A stretch of 58,558 nt of DNA. It comes from a virus. Its lineage: Duplodnaviria; Caudoviricetes. The notes below the pieces were generated by a model. That model was not told the origin of the DNA and did no database searches. It saw nothing but the letters and a program-made list of their open reading frames with translations. Below are positions 46,113 through 55,917 of the stretch, one piece after another (position 1 is the first letter of the stretch; the number at the start of each line of letters is the position of its first letter). The translations under genes were made by a program, and so were the position numbers. The DNA lies in the IMG/VR virus record IMGVR_UViG_3300010403_000180, positions 1-58,558 of that record; one strand, given 5' to 3'.

Positions 46113-47105
46113 TTAGTTAATGGCAAACCTTTTATTAAGGTCTAGCCTTGTTAGTATTCCAACGAACCCCGTGGCTGGGATGCCATGTCGCTTCTGGTAA
46201 ACCTTCACGGCCGCAGTGGTCTTTGGTCCGTAATACCCAAGGTTGGCACCTACTTCCTCACGGTGAAGTTCCCCATCGTAAATCAAGCACTCCTGCAAAA
46301 TCTTCGTTTCGGGGTTTAGCTTCTGGCTTGGGCCAAGGTTATTTCCAAAGAAGTAAGCTGGCTTGTTGGTTGGGTCGGGCAATAATTCCTGCCAATTATT
46401 TGGCAGGTCTTTTAGTATAGCCCAGGCTTCAAATGGGGTGTAGTTAAGCGGTGCTTTGAAAAGTCCGCTATCTCCCCAAAATTCTCCCCAGCTATTCTGA
46501 CCAATAATAAATTCTTTGAAGTATCCGTGCTCTTTTACGGCATGTCCCCAGATAGTTTCTCCTGCCATCGGTGGTCTAATCAATCCTGTCTGCCATCCGC
46601 CATTAGAGCCATGAAAACCCACCATAACGGCTCCTAGGGTGTATACCGCACGCTTAATGGCCTCTGGGGTAGGTTCAACCCGTACAAAGCCTTTAATGCG
46701 GTACTTGGCTATTAACGGTGCATCGTTGGGGTCTCCGCCTTTGGGCAGGCATCCGATGTTCTTCATTATCAGCATGGCGGTTCTTAAAAATGTGCCATCT
46801 AAGCTTGGAAAACCGTCAACCAGTTTGCACTGTTCATACATCCAGTCATCATCAAATTCCATTAGATTTCCTTCTTCTTTTTCCTTGCCCTCTTTTACAG
46901 AACAAGAGGAACAGCCAACGCATTTTGGTTTCTGTCCCTGATTCTTTTGGGTGGTCTTTCCCAAATCAAATTGGTCTGGGATTGGATTCTCTCCCAAAAT
47001 ATTTTCAATCACCGCCTCGGCGGGAATGTCTCTATGGTCAGTTAATGAAGGAAACACATTGTTCACTCTCACATCAACTGGCAGTTTTGGTTCTTCTACT
47101 GGCAT
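46113..47105 (-). CDS. Papain-like (C1) peptidase with C-terminal peptidoglycan-binding domain; probable endolysin
   Basis: NQGQKPKCVG, GHAV, QNSWGEFWGDSG; GYYGPKTTAAVKVYQ..GFVGILTR. Confidence 0.85.
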   Translation of the reverse strand: MPVEEPKLPVDVRVNNVFPSLTDHRDIPAEAVIENILGENPIPDQFDLGKTTQKNQGQKPKCVGCSSCSVKEGKEKEEGNLMEFDDDWMYEQCKLVDGFPSLDGTFLRTAMLIMKNIGCLPKGGDPNDAPLIAKYRIKGFVRVEPTPEAIKRAVYTLGAVMVGFHGSNGGWQTGLIRPPMAGETIWGHAVKEHGYFKEFIIGQNSWGEFWGDSGLFKAPLNYTPFEAWAILKDLPNNWQELLPDPTNKPAYFFGNNLGPSQKLNPETKILQECLIYDGELHREEVGANLGYYGPKTTAAVKVYQKRHGIPATGFVGILTRLDLNKRFAIN

Positions 47106-47384
47106 AGTTTTTTTGTTTAATAATATTGTTTAAATTTTGAATGGAGGGGCGTGCTAAGCAACCTCCTTGATGCCAATGGCAAAATGTTTGAGAGGGATAA
47201 TTGCACGCCCCATAATAGTGGGGCTTCCATGCCCCGAAGCAGCAAAATGACTTATATCTCCCCAACACGATTGGGGGAATCCGACTAAGACTCTTTTGCT
47301 GTTCCTTACGCATTCGCTGTTCCTGACGGTACACAGGTGGTAGCGAAGCACCAGTGTTTTATCGGGGAATCCGTTCCCCATGGG

Positions 47385-47624
47385 TTAATTATTCCACGAA
47401 CTCTCGCCAGCCACAAGGGGCTTGGGTTCTTCGGTTGCTTTTTTGGTAACGCTTCTCTGGGCGACCACCTTGCCCACTTCTGCCCACAAGTCCATTTCCA
47501 AGGACTCGCCTTTGGTAATCGCCAGATTGGCGTAGAACTCCAGGTCGCTCATGGCCTGTTTGAGGTCAGCCCTCGTCCTTATGACAAGGGTCGGATTGAC
47601 CTGTTCCTTCGTTGCGGTCAGCAT
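47385..47624 (-). CDS. Hypothetical protein
   Basis: 79-aa ORF preceded by GGAGG. Confidence 0.5.
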   Translation of the reverse strand: MLTATKEQVNPTLVIRTRADLKQAMSDLEFYANLAITKGESLEMDLWAEVGKVVAQRSVTKKATEEPKPLVAGESSWNN

Positions 47625-47764
47625 GGGAGAGAACCTCCAAAAGAAGTGAAATGTTATCAGCCCTGTTGGCGGGCAGGCAGACGGACGGTACCACCAGAAG
47701 TGGTGATTGGTCGGGGAATTACTCCGCCAATTCTTTATCTGCCCTCCGCCAACGGGAATGACAA

Positions 47765-48175
47765 CTATAATGATTTTTTGATAACCTCTTGATGCTCCTT
47801 CTCTAAAATAGAAGTTCTGGCAACGTTCAAGTCGTTAATGTTTTTCATAAAGTTCCTAATATCTTTAAGGACATTTTCTAAGTCTGGGTTTCGGTTCGTA
47901 GCAATTTGATTAAGCGTTTGAATCTGCTTATCTTTTTCACTGACTATTCCTTCAAGCTTTGAAATCCTTCCCGTAAATCTATTTTCCAGTTCGTGCATGG
48001 CCTTTGTCGCCCCAACCAAATTATCACGGCATTCCTGAATGTTTGCCTTTTGTTGTTTGTCTAATGTATCGTAGTTTGCAATAACCTCTTGGGTTATTTT
48101 TTTTGAACCTGACCTCCATTCTTTGAAGCCGAGGAATGCTACTACCAGAAGTGTTGTTACTGCTGTCCAATCCAT
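47765..48175 (-). CDS. Membrane-anchored coiled-coil protein (holin/lysis accessory-like)
   Basis: N-terminal TM segment then coiled coil. Confidence 0.6.
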   Translation of the reverse strand: MDWTAVTTLLVVAFLGFKEWRSGSKKITQEVIANYDTLDKQQKANIQECRDNLVGATKAMHELENRFTGRISKLEGIVSEKDKQIQTLNQIATNRNPDLENVLKDIRNFMKNINDLNVARTSILEKEHQEVIKKSL

Positions 48176-48179
48176 TTTT

Positions 48180-51100
48180 TTACTGACTTAATTCTATAGG
48201 TTTAACCTCCCAAAAGATAGCGGCAAACTGACCAGACTTGACTTCAACCCAGTGTTTTCCAAACCAGTGTCTTACCAGTTCGTAAATAATAGTTTGAAAT
48301 GGCGGTGCTGAAGGGGAAGCGGAGGCACTTATGCTTGGGCTAACAGAGGGAGAAGCACTCGGACTTGCTGAAGGGCTTACTGACGGACTGACTGATGCGG
48401 AAGGTGATTGACTGGGTGAAGAAGAGGGGCTGGAAGAAGGCGAGGCAGAAGCACTCGGGCTTTGGCTTGGTGAAGAACTTGGCGACTGGCTAGGTGAAGA
48501 ACTTGGTGAAACCGAAGGAGAAACACTCGCTGACGGGCTTTGTGAGGGACTGCTGGAAGGGCTGGCAGAAGGAGATGAAGATGGCGAACTGCTTGGCGAA
48601 GCCGAAGCGGAAGGACTTTGACTGGGACTTGAAGAAGGTGAAGATGATGGGCTTGCGGAGGCACTCGGTGATTGTGATGGCGAAGAAGATGGACTTGCAG
48701 ACGGACTGGCAGAGGGCGAAGCTGATGGTGATACGGAAGCTGAAGGTGAGGCACTCGGTGAAGAACTCGGAGATGAGCTTGGTGATGCGGAAGCAGACGG
48801 AGATAATGATGGTGATGCACTCGCACCATCACTCGGTGAGGCGGAAGGGGAAGATGATGGACTTACAGAAGCACTTGGTGAGGCTGACGGAGATGGTGAG
48901 GGGGAAACGGAAGGTGAAGGACTAGGAGAAACTGATGCACTCGGACTTTGTGAGGGACTGCTACTTGGTGAAGCGGACGGACTTACCGAGGGCGATACGC
49001 TGGCGGATGGTGATTGGGAGGGAGAAGGAGATGGTGAAACGGAGGGTGAAACTGAAGGACTAACCGAGGCTGAAGGACTTTGACTGGGAGACGCTGACGG
49101 ACTTACACTGGCACTAGGGCTTTGACTTGGTGAACTGGATGGAGAAGCTGAAGGACTTTCTGACGGGCTTTTAGAAGACGATGGACTGGCTGAAGGTGAT
49201 GAGCTAGGTGATACGGAAGCTGAAGGCGAAGCGGATGGAGAGACTGAAGCACTTGGAGACTGGCTAGGGCTTGGAGAGGGTGAAATTGAGGCACTCGGAG
49301 ATTGGGATGGAGAAGAGGAAGGGCTTACAGAAGGAGACTGTGATGGGCTGCTGGACGGAGAGGCACTCGCACTCGGTGATACCGAGGCGGAGGGGCTTTG
49401 TGAAGGACTACTTGATGGACTAGAACTAGGGCTTGCACTAGGGCTTACGCTCGGAGATACTGATGCAGAGGGAGATTGTGAGGCTGACGGGCTTTGGCTC
49501 GGAGATGAACTTGGCGAGGCGGATGGACTAACCGAAGCGGAGGGTGATTGGCTTGGAGAAGATGATGGAGAGGCGGAGGCGGAGGGTGACTGGGATGCCG
49601 AAGGCGACTGACTGGGTGATGATGAGGGGCTGGATGAGGGAGAGGCGGAGGCACTAGGAGAGGCGGAGGGTGATGAACTTGGACTTGATGATGGTGAAGA
49701 AGATGCGGATGGGGAAGCAGACGGGCTTGAAGAAGGGGATGCTGACGCACTAGGACTTGCTGAGGGAGAGGAGGATGGGGAAGCGGACGGAGAACCAGAT
49801 GCAGAGCCAGCAGTTGGAATATATACAATTAAAATTCCTATTTCATATACCTTGTAGGTATCAGATACCGACTTTGTAGCAAGTCCAATATCGGCACCAC
49901 TACCACTAGGATATGAAGTAATGTTTCCAGCATTAAAGGCTAAAGTTGGAGAAGCTGCTGGGGAACTGATATCTTGAGGCGAGCCGTTAATAATTAGAGA
50001 TATAGTTCTTGGTAAAGTAAGGGACTGAACATTAGCCCAACCAATTACATCAATGATACTAAAACCTGTAATGTTAATATCCCCTTCTGATGCAGTTTCT
50101 ATATTGTATTCTTCAGTCAGGGCTCCCGCAGTGGCTATAGACCAGCCATTAGCAATATCAGTTGCTCTTTCATTAACTTGTGGAGAATGCCCCGTGCCGT
50201 AACCAGAACCACCAGAACCAATTTGAGTAGTCCAATCATTTGCCGTTCCATTCGCCTTTGGACGCTTTGCCGTTACCCAAATATCCCCCGTATCTATCAA
50301 TCCAGCGTAATCATCAACATAAATATCGCTAAGACGGGTAGCCATGGTAGTTGGTGCTCCGCTAACTGCAAAAGTCAATGTGGATGTCCCTGTATTGGTT
50401 ATGGTTGCATTCGTTACCGAAATTGCAGAAACTCCATCCTTGAAAACTTCAAACCTATTATGGGTAGTATCGGTAATGGTATATGCTAAAGAAATTCTAT
50501 ACCATTGCCCAGTTGAAAGAGTTGGACCATCGCCTCCTATTTGATTCGTAGTCTCAAATAACTGTAGAACACCAGCACTTGTAACCTTCAAAGAAGCAAC
50601 AACCGAACCACTACCATTCACCATCTGTAAGATAACTTGTGAACCAGAAGATGGTAAGGTTTCAATATATATATAGTGACTTACTCTTCTACCAGCATCA
50701 TTAAGTATTGCAGATTTTTGTATAAAATTAGAACTACCTCCTGGTAACTTAATTGACTTTATATGCCCCCCATGGACAAAATCTGTTGCCAAGGAAGCAC
50801 CAGAAACAGTGCCCCAAAATCCACCAGCTGTAGTTATGGCAACATTAAAACCAGCATCTCCACCTGGGTCAGCAAAAATTGTATTAGGAGTTCCAGGAGA
50901 AAATGAAGGCGATATTGAGGGACTTACAGATGGAGAAACCGAGGCGGAGGGGCTAGCGGAGGGCGAAGAAGATGGGGAGACGGATGCAGAAGGTGAAGCT
51001 GACGGGCTGGCGGAGGGGCTTCTTGAGGCTGAAGGCGAGAGTGAAGGTGATGCGGAAGGCGAGGCAGATTTTCCAGCAATGAAGTATTTAGGGATTTCTA

Positions 51101-51236
51101 AACCATGTTTTTCAAACCACCAGCACAAGTGAATTGGCTTGTAGTTTAATAGGATTTCTTCACGAACAAAACCCTTCAATAGCCAGTGAAGGGCGTTAGT
51201 AGTTTTGTGAATAATTTTTCCTATTAGTCTTTCCAT
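48180..51236 (-). CDS. Mucin-like Ser-Pro repeat protein with LamG/lectin-like beta domain (putative virion fibre)
   Basis: 1018 aa: conserved leader, short SPS tract, beta domain (LSTGQWYRISL..EVFKDG..SDIYVDD), ~500-aa SPS tract, Trp-rich tail. Confidence 0.8.
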   Translation of the reverse strand: MERLIGKIIHKTTNALHWLLKGFVREEILLNYKPIHLCWWFEKHGLEIPKYFIAGKSASPSASPSLSPSASRSPSASPSASPSASVSPSSSPSASPSASVSPSVSPSISPSFSPGTPNTIFADPGGDAGFNVAITTAGGFWGTVSGASLATDFVHGGHIKSIKLPGGSSNFIQKSAILNDAGRRVSHYIYIETLPSSGSQVILQMVNGSGSVVASLKVTSAGVLQLFETTNQIGGDGPTLSTGQWYRISLAYTITDTTHNRFEVFKDGVSAISVTNATITNTGTSTLTFAVSGAPTTMATRLSDIYVDDYAGLIDTGDIWVTAKRPKANGTANDWTTQIGSGGSGYGTGHSPQVNERATDIANGWSIATAGALTEEYNIETASEGDINITGFSIIDVIGWANVQSLTLPRTISLIINGSPQDISSPAASPTLAFNAGNITSYPSGSGADIGLATKSVSDTYKVYEIGILIVYIPTAGSASGSPSASPSSSPSASPSASASPSSSPSASPSASSSPSSSPSSSPSASPSASASPSSSPSSSPSQSPSASQSPSASASPSSSPSQSPSASVSPSASPSSSPSQSPSASQSPSASVSPSVSPSASPSSSPSSSPSQSPSASVSPSASASPSSSPSQSPSVSPSSSPSQSPSASISPSPSPSQSPSASVSPSASPSASVSPSSSPSASPSSSKSPSESPSASPSSSPSQSPSASVSPSASPSQSPSASVSPSVSPSVSPSPSPSQSPSASVSPSVSPSASPSSSPSQSPSASVSPSPSPSVSPSPSPSASPSASVSPSSSPSASPSDGASASPSLSPSASASPSSSPSSSPSASPSASVSPSASPSASPSASPSSSPSQSPSASASPSSSPSSSPSQSPSASASPSSSPSSSPSASPSSSPSQSPSASVSPSVSPSSSPSQSPSSSPSQSPSASASPSSSPSSSPSQSPSASVSPSVSPSASPSASPSVSPSISASASPSAPPFQTIIYELVRHWFGKHWVEVKSGQFAAIFWEVKPIELSQ

Positions 51237-51763
51237 GGATGGAGATTAGGTATCGGCTTATTAACCTGATAATAAAAGATTTGTTCTGCCGAACCACTTG
51301 GCTTGTTAATTCCCATCCGTCTAAATTGATTATATGCTCCCATGTCGGAATGTAAACCATTCACGACAATGTAATTCGCAATTCTTCCAAGATTATTTAC
51401 AAACTCCTTTTTAGTAACAAAGGGACATGGACTTGAGCAGTCCTTAGTATCAAACAAATCTACCAAAACGGCATCAAACTTTCGGAAAGTTTCAACGTAT
51501 TTTTCCGCATCCATTTCAATAAATTCAACTCCGTAGCGGTTCTCTTTTATGGGTTCAATATCCACTGCCGTGATTGGGACATCACCATAGAGCAATCGGA
51601 TTAACCCCGCCACTGTTCCATCTCCATAGCCGAGCATCAAAACACTCTCTGGTTTATATTGCGGAACCATGTAAATCCAATAAGAGAAGGTTAAATACGT
51701 TGTTGGAGGGTATGCCGAATATGAATTACCATTATTGTCCTCCGTTAAGAGTAGATTGCTCAT
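51224..51763 (-). CDS. Class I SAM-dependent methyltransferase, paralog of 3824-4342
   Basis: WIYMVPQYKPESVLMLGYGDGTVAGL..VPITAVDI. Confidence 0.78.
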   Translation of the reverse strand: MSNLLLTEDNNGNSYSAYPPTTYLTFSYWIYMVPQYKPESVLMLGYGDGTVAGLIRLLYGDVPITAVDIEPIKENRYGVEFIEMDAEKYVETFRKFDAVLVDLFDTKDCSSPCPFVTKKEFVNNLGRIANYIVVNGLHSDMGAYNQFRRMGINKPSGSAEQIFYYQVNKPIPNLHPWKD

Positions 51764-52736
51764 GTGCTTTTAAGTTGTTCAGGGCTTCCTGTGTCCAACC
51801 TGGATTTTTTTCATTGTGGTAGGGTATAGGCCAGAACTTTTCTATTAACCACGATACTGGGTGAATGGCTTTCGGCCACTTATTATTAAAGATTAAATCT
51901 CGCACTTTGTCTCTTGTTTCTTGCTGACTTCTGCCGTTGGTAGGCCAAGGGAAGTGAAGTACGGTGTTGGTTCTAAAAAGGTGGGCATACCAAGTCTTGT
52001 GATTTACTAAAACCCTGCCTCCTGATAGCCATGTTTTACATGCCACTTCAATGCCCTGGCTTCCCCAGTTTCCTAGGGCTTCGTCGCAGATATTCAAGTC
52101 AAAATATTTCTCTCTGGTAAGCATAAAACATGACCCTTGCACTGACATGCTCTCGGTCAAACCTATCGTATCTCTGGCGTTAAAGTATTCTGGTCTGTTT
52201 CGGTATTCGTTAAAATACTGAAAATGCGGCTCTGAATCAAAGCTGTATGAGGTGCTCTGGGGGCTCTCCTTTCCAATCCAAACCATCTTTATTTTTATCC
52301 TTTTGCTTCCACAATTATCACACTTCGGCGGTTTATTTGCTTGGTACCATTTCTTTCCGCACCCATAGCATTTCCAGTCAAAGGCGTGCAGATTTCTCAT
52401 CACTGGTATCATTGTAACATTATCGCCAGCGACCTTAAATGCTTCCAACATTTTTCGGTCAAAACCTTGGTCAAAAGCACAGTGGGCATCCACTTTCATA
52501 ACGTATTTCCCTCTTGCTAATTTAGCGGCGTAATTAGTTGCGGCTCTCTGCCCAACCGACTTGGGAAGGTAAATAATATTCACTCTTTCGTTCTGCACAA
52601 TGGGAGGGTCTGTCCATTCGCCATCTAAAACCGCAATGACTTCGGTGTCTGCTTCTATGTGCTCAATGATATCTTGTATGGTTCTCGCCAGAAGCATTTC
52701 GTTTCTGGCTGGAATCAGTATTGATAAATCCTTCAT
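51732..52736 (-). CDS. GT-A glycosyltransferase with polypeptide-GalNAc-transferase-like motifs
   Basis: LSILIPARNE, VDAHC, GSCFML, WGSQGIEVACKTWLSGG, YAH. Confidence 0.85.
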   Translation of the reverse strand: MKDLSILIPARNEMLLARTIQDIIEHIEADTEVIAVLDGEWTDPPIVQNERVNIIYLPKSVGQRAATNYAAKLARGKYVMKVDAHCAFDQGFDRKMLEAFKVAGDNVTMIPVMRNLHAFDWKCYGCGKKWYQANKPPKCDNCGSKRIKIKMVWIGKESPQSTSYSFDSEPHFQYFNEYRNRPEYFNARDTIGLTESMSVQGSCFMLTREKYFDLNICDEALGNWGSQGIEVACKTWLSGGRVLVNHKTWYAHLFRTNTVLHFPWPTNGRSQQETRDKVRDLIFNNKWPKAIHPVSWLIEKFWPIPYHNEKNPGWTQEALNNLKAHEQSTLNGGQ

Positions 52737-53065
52737 CGTTTCTGCCTCATTTTTTTAATTTCTTTGAAATTCTTAATCAGCTTTAAGTTCCCACCAGAAC
52801 TTCCCGTTTCATCTTTATAGGTGTCTCGGTAGTAAGCCAACCGATTTACCATCTTGGTAGCTTGAACCATTGCAGTAACCAGATGCTCTGTTATTTTTTC
52901 CTTCAACTCTTTGTCTGGGTAATCTTGGATTTGGTCATAAATTACCCTTAGCGTTTCACAAATACATTCTTTCCAGTGGGTATCGTAAATAAGCGTCCTT
53001 CTTGCTTCTGCCCTTTCATTAGGTTCCATAAGTTTTAATAATTCCTGGTTGCTTAAATTCTTCAC
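52733..53065 (-). CDS. Hypothetical protein
   Basis: 110-aa ORF in cluster. Confidence 0.55.
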   Translation of the reverse strand: MKNLSNQELLKLMEPNERAEARRTLIYDTHWKECICETLRVIYDQIQDYPDKELKEKITEHLVTAMVQATKMVNRLAYYRDTYKDETGSSGGNLKLIKNFKEIKKMRQKR

Positions 53066-53225
53066 TCAATCCATTTTTTAGCTGGGCTCGGTATCGGTTT
53101 AAATCCTGAATCCTTTTGGCATCTTCTTTGGTGTGGATATTATCGGCCACCTTTTCTTCTAAAAAATAAATCTTGATGTTGGTGATGCTCAACTCGTCTA
53201 TTAAATCGGCAATGGTTTTGTTCAT
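53019..53225 (-). CDS. Hypothetical protein (small coiled coil)
   Basis: TIADLIDELSITNIKI..LNRYR. Confidence 0.55.
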   Translation of the reverse strand: MNKTIADLIDELSITNIKIYFLEEKVADNIHTKEDAKRIQDLNRYRAQLKNGLSEEFKQPGIIKTYGT

Positions 53226-54052
53226 AATTTTTGGTAGAGTTTACTGATATTTTCTATGTGATACTTTTCGGCTTCGTTAATTAACCTTTCTGCGTCCCAA
53301 CCCTTCTGTAGTTTCTTAACTTCTGAAACCAGCTCTCTCATATTCTTTGCCTTGTAATAAAAGCCATCAACATCTTTGTACCCTAATTTCTGTTCTGAAA
53401 CTGTGGGAATCCCAAACGACATGGCATTTATTATCTTATTAGGGTGGTAATAGGGGGCATGGGTTAAAAATCCGAACGACCCGATTACTTGAATATCTAT
53501 GCTTTCGTAAAACTTAATCGTGTCTTCTCGCTTCTCAAAAGTTAAAAGAGAAACAAATTTTATACCCTCCTTTTCTAAAACTTCTTTTAACTCGGCAACT
53601 ATCCTTCTTTGAAATGGTTGGTTTGCTCCGATGTATCCACAGGTGGTTATCTCTTTTCTGGTTTTTTTCTTTCTTTCAAAATTAACATGATGGTGGGGTA
53701 TGTGGATAACTTTATTCGGTAAAACACTTTCTAGCCATTGTTTATGCGGATTAGTAAGAGCAATAACTTTTAGTTCTGGTCTTCCTTTTAACATCTGCGT
53801 AACTGTCATATCGTCCATGACATCAATGTAGTCATTACTTTTAACTGGCCTAAAGTCTCTTGGTTTAAGGTGGATGCACACATCGTTCTCAAAACCCTCT
53901 GTGGGGTTCAATTTAGCCCCTAGAAACGATGCTATCTCCTTACCCCGAATAATACTTGAAACCCGTTGGAGTGTTTTCCCACTGGGTTTGTTTAAGATAA
54001 ATGGTTCTTTTGCAAAAAATGAAATCATACTAGGTCTTGTGGCATAAACCAC
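53222..54052 (-). CDS. GT-B-fold glycosyltransferase-like protein
   Basis: SSIIRG, CGYIG, PNKIINAMSFGIPTV. Confidence 0.7.
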   Translation of the reverse strand: MVYATRPSMISFFAKEPFILNKPSGKTLQRVSSIIRGKEIASFLGAKLNPTEGFENDVCIHLKPRDFRPVKSNDYIDVMDDMTVTQMLKGRPELKVIALTNPHKQWLESVLPNKVIHIPHHHVNFERKKKTRKEITTCGYIGANQPFQRRIVAELKEVLEKEGIKFVSLLTFEKREDTIKFYESIDIQVIGSFGFLTHAPYYHPNKIINAMSFGIPTVSEQKLGYKDVDGFYYKAKNMRELVSEVKKLQKGWDAERLINEAEKYHIENISKLYQKL

Positions 54053-54720
54053 CCTTTAAGATTTTGTATTTCGTCCTCCCTCCAACCAGTTGGCTTCTTT
54101 CGGAATCCCTCTTTGTTCATCTTCTTTGGGGTCATATTGTGGTTGTCCCGAATATCTATAATCGGAAAATCTGAAATCCATTCCTCTGCTTTTGCAAGTT
54201 CTAGGTGATTGCCTTTATGTCGGCCTGGCTCGTACCCCAAATTCCTTGCCCAGCTTGGATTCCCGCCTGTTGGTAATTTGTCCCAACCATTTTGGTAAAT
54301 CAGTTCCAGTCTCCGCTTAAAAAAAGCAAGTGCTAATTTTCGGTTAGCACACATTCCCGAAAGAGAAGCTTGATGGTCATAGGCAACAACCCTCTTGCCG
54401 CTGTAATCCCACTTCCAAATGTTCGTATTATAGTAAAAAGTATCATCTCGTGGCGGGGTAAATCCAAAATGAGAAGGATGGTAGAGCACATCATGTTCGC
54501 AAAAGAAAACGTAATCCTCTTTGCTATTTTCCAGTGCTGCAATTATCCTTTTGAAATATCCCACAATACTTGGGTCTGGCACCACCACGTTACTGCCAAA
54601 TTCCATGGGCTTCAAAGAAGCAGAGCTTATCGGCAATCCGCTTTTGAGAATCTGCTTTTGCACGCCATCCGTGATAGATGGCCTAGCCGAGTTGTTTGTA
54701 TAGTAGATTATTCCCTTCAT
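54025..54720 (-). CDS. GT-A-like glycosyltransferase
   Basis: GIIYYT, YVFFCEHDVLYHP. Confidence 0.65.
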   Translation of the reverse strand: MKGIIYYTNNSARPSITDGVQKQILKSGLPISSASLKPMEFGSNVVVPDPSIVGYFKRIIAALENSKEDYVFFCEHDVLYHPSHFGFTPPRDDTFYYNTNIWKWDYSGKRVVAYDHQASLSGMCANRKLALAFFKRRLELIYQNGWDKLPTGGNPSWARNLGYEPGRHKGNHLELAKAEEWISDFPIIDIRDNHNMTPKKMNKEGFRKKPTGWREDEIQNLKGWFMPQDLV

Positions 54721-54721
54721 T

Positions 54722-55372
54722 TTATGGTCTGAAGAAGAAGAAACTCCTCCACTTATCTCTTTTCATCCCTTTTGTTTTTTCTTTTGCCCCAAGCACATAC
54801 AGTTTTTGAATCTTCATAATCTGAACGCAAGCATCAACCCCTACTTTTACATGCACACCATCATAAATCATCGGATGCTTTAATTCTCCATAGCCCGTAA
54901 TGGTAGCGTAGTCATGTCCTGCAATAATTCCTCCATGCTTTACCTTTTTTTCCCACCCAAAAATATCCATGCAAACGTAGGGCAATGTATGATTCGCATC
55001 AATGTAAACGAAGTCCAAAGAATCATCGGGAAAGTCTTTAAGAGCATCCATTGAATACTTGTGGATGATAGTGTAATCTAATCCTTTTAAGTTTGCCTCT
55101 GCCAATTCTTTTTGGCTCTTGTAGGCTCCCTCACGCTTGTACCCTTCGTAGTTTTCCCAGCAATCCACCCCGTACATTTTGAGTCCCGCCTTGCATAGGG
55201 TTACACCGTACTCTCCGAAATTAACTCCTATTTCTACACCTTTTTTGAATCCGTTGTTAAAAAGAAATTTAGCAAACTCCTCTCTATCGGTATCGGGGAT
55301 ATCTACAATCCTGCTATTTTTTGCTGGTTTTAATTTTATGCCTTCTTCTATTTTCATGGTTTTACAAACCAC
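54722..55372 (-). CDS. Methyltransferase (Methyltransf_24-like)
   Basis: GVEIGV..G, SLDFVYIDANH, GGIIAGHDY. Confidence 0.9.
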   Translation of the reverse strand: MVCKTMKIEEGIKLKPAKNSRIVDIPDTDREEFAKFLFNNGFKKGVEIGVNFGEYGVTLCKAGLKMYGVDCWENYEGYKREGAYKSQKELAEANLKGLDYTIIHKYSMDALKDFPDDSLDFVYIDANHTLPYVCMDIFGWEKKVKHGGIIAGHDYATITGYGELKHPMIYDGVHVKVGVDACVQIMKIQKLYVLGAKEKTKGMKRDKWRSFFFFRP

Positions 55373-55917
55373 CAGTTTGGAACTTGGTAGTCGTTATTGA
55401 ATATAACATTTAGCGTTTTAATTTTGTGGGCTTTGACGTAAGTATCAACAGGGGTAATAACATCTCCCGTCTTGTGAGGTTTGTAATCATCTCCGAAAAC
55501 AATTCCCCCTTTTCGCACCCTCCTTGCCCACTCAATGATGTCAGTCATCACATAATCAAAAGTGTGAGCACCATCTATGTAGACAAAATCAAGCGAACCA
55601 TAATCAATATCTCTCACGGCTTCCATACTGGTCTTTCTGACGAACTCACAGACAGGATAGCCAGCAACATTTTTTCTTGCTGTCTCATAAAACTGCTCCT
55701 GCCTTTCGGGGGTGTATATCTTTGACCTTGGGTCTTCGGGTACGGTGGCGTAAGGGTCAACTAAGTACAGTTTTTCAAGAGACTTTATAGACTCACAAAG
55801 AATCTTAGAAAAATCTCCATGTCTCACTCCTATTTCCGCACCACGCTTAAAGCCCATCTCTCCAAACATCTTGGCTAGGTCGTTTCTACTCTTTTCCGTT
55901 GACTTATTTATCTCCAT
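55354..55917 (-). CDS. Methyltransferase (Methyltransf_24-like)
   Basis: GAEIGVRHG, SLDFVYIDGAH, GGIVFGDDY. Confidence 0.9.
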   Translation of the reverse strand: MEINKSTEKSRNDLAKMFGEMGFKRGAEIGVRHGDFSKILCESIKSLEKLYLVDPYATVPEDPRSKIYTPERQEQFYETARKNVAGYPVCEFVRKTSMEAVRDIDYGSLDFVYIDGAHTFDYVMTDIIEWARRVRKGGIVFGDDYKPHKTGDVITPVDTYVKAHKIKTLNVIFNNDYQVPNWWFVKP

